This document shows, piece by piece, positions 62,436-64,000 of a stretch of 64,000 bases of DNA. How positions within the stretch are numbered: the stretch's first letter is position 1; every line of letters starts with the position of its first letter. Under the pieces are notes generated by a model. That model ran no database searches and had not been told where the DNA came from. It saw nothing but the letters and a program-made list of their open reading frames with translations. The position numbers were made by a program, and so were the translations under genes. Source of the DNA: Chiloscyllium plagiosum (taxonomy: Eukaryota); contig NC_057728.1 in NCBI RefSeq assembly GCF_004010195.1, forward strand, positions 53,798,535-53,862,534. The letters run 5' to 3'.

Positions 62436-63129
62436 CGTGACCAACAGCACTTCTCCGCACAAGTTCAGCACATTCTAATTTTAACTTGTGCAAAGATTTG
62501 CATTGATAAAGTACCTTTTGTGATCTCAGGATGGCCCAAAATGCTTTACTGAGAGTGAACTCGAAATGTAGTAACTGTTATGATCCAATGGTTCTCAAAG
62601 TGGTCTATGAGCAATTTTCTGGAGGCCAATGGGATATTTCAAGGTGCAAGCCATCAATGCACGATTGCACAACCGAGGCTGTAGGAGAGAAGAGGTCAAA
62701 TCTGTCACTGCCACCACCTGCATGATGTCACACAATCAGAAAAGTCCCTGTGTGATGGCTCAAGTCATCATAAGTGGGAAACTGAATGGTGCAGTTTTAT
62801 AAACATATTTATTTTACTGCCAATTTTGTTTAATTAATATGGATACAAGTGTCCCAGAAGAAAACTATTGTGATGACTGTAAAACCATATATTAGAATAT
62901 TTTGAACAAATGTGTTCTTTTGTAGTATTAATGTTTATCACATGAAAAGGTCTGCAGTTTTGTTTCTGGGGCTTGTATTAATAATTTGCTTATGATATTT
63001 AATTTACAAAATGCATGGAAATTTAAGATGCATGCATTAATTTTCATGTGTTATTTTGTACTTGCAAGTGGAAGAAGTTGGCCATCATTATTACCGTCTA
63101 AAAATGAGAAAATAGGTGCACAATATGCA

Positions 63130-63775
63130 GGAGAGGTTGAAAGAGCAGTTAACAAAGCACACAGTATTCTAAACCTTATTAGTAGGGACAGAGAGTAAAA
63201 GAACAAGATCATGATGAACTTATATAAAGGAGATTGAGGAGAGATTTGATTAAGGGTTGAATAGAGTTAAATAAGGTAGACACAGAAAAGTTATTCCAAT
63301 TAGCTGATGGCACACAGACTGAAGGGACATCGATTTAAGAATTTTGACAGTAGCCATAGGAGACTTGTGAGGAAGAACTTTCATATACTCCACATGATAA
63401 TGACTTGATGGAATTGAAGAAAATCAAAGTCGTCAAAAGGAGGTGCATGTGAGAGAAGCAAAGAGGGCTTTGGAGATGGAGGGGGTGAATGGGACATATT
63501 GGACTGCTTTAAAGGGAGTTGACAGGAATTCAATGGCAAAAGTGAGGACTGTAGATGCTGGAGATTAGAGTCGAAGAGTGTGGTGCTGGAAAAGCACAGC
63601 AGGTCAGACAGCATCCAAGGAGCAGGAAAATCAACATTTCGGGCAAAATTTCTGATGAAGGGCCTTTGCCCGAAACTCCAATTTTCCTGCTCATCAGATG
63701 CTACCTGACCTGTTGTGCTTTTCCAGCACTACACTCAGGTATTCAATGGGCCAAGTGTCCTCCTTCAGTCCTGTA
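63130..63775 (+). mobile_element. Old CR1 3' fragment
   Basis: VERAVNKAHSILNLISR and a decayed RGHRFK / RKNF region. Confidence 0.65.
63537..63735. mobile_element. Palindromic PLE mini-element
   Basis: Inverted arms turn at the hammerhead (CTGATGA at 63652) and leave a ~39-nt tail. TSD CAGG(A/T)ATTCAATGG at 63523-63536 / 63736-63749. Confidence 0.9.
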
Positions 63776-64000
63776 ATGCCTCATTGGGTGGATTTTCCCA
63801 ACCCTTGGAGGATAAGAGTAATGGGGAGAAACGTGGGAAAATACAGCCAGAATGAAAAAAATCAGATTCTTGACATTGAGAAAAAAAATTCCAATTTTCC
63901 CCTTAAAGTTTCAGCAATGAGATGAGAATCTTGCTGTTAAGTGGTGACTATCTCATCTCTTTACATTTATATCTCATCAACAGCCAAACTGGCATGATAT

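Overview
Eukaryotic, repeat-dominated DNA, almost certainly from an elasmobranch (shark): it carries HE1-type V-SINEs, HER1/CR1 LINEs and a SacSINE1-like DeuSINE. There are two assembly gaps and no recognisable intact host gene. The window holds a ~12.4-kb array of a 42-bp tandem repeat (with a 546-bp, 13-monomer higher-order repeat) and many CR1 fragments. It also holds a full-length but decayed Gypsy (Mag-like) LTR retrotransposon with nested insertions, a solo LTR, a Tx1-like L1 3' end, a Rex-Babar fragment and an interstitial telomeric tract. The most striking system is a set of Penelope-like elements (PLEs; RT plus GIY-YIG) and about ten tiny, often palindromic derivatives. These carry minimal type-I hammerhead ribozyme motifs, 13-16-bp target-site duplications (TSDs) and a roughly constant 35-41-nt unpaired tail, and they fold back at or next to the ribozyme. 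A second notable signal: substitutions in the 42-bp 'satellite' appear enriched at synonymous positions of its only stop-free frame (14-aa repeat TLNTINTHCVPASF). Family names come from recalled motifs, not database searches, and the boundaries of decayed repeats are approximate.
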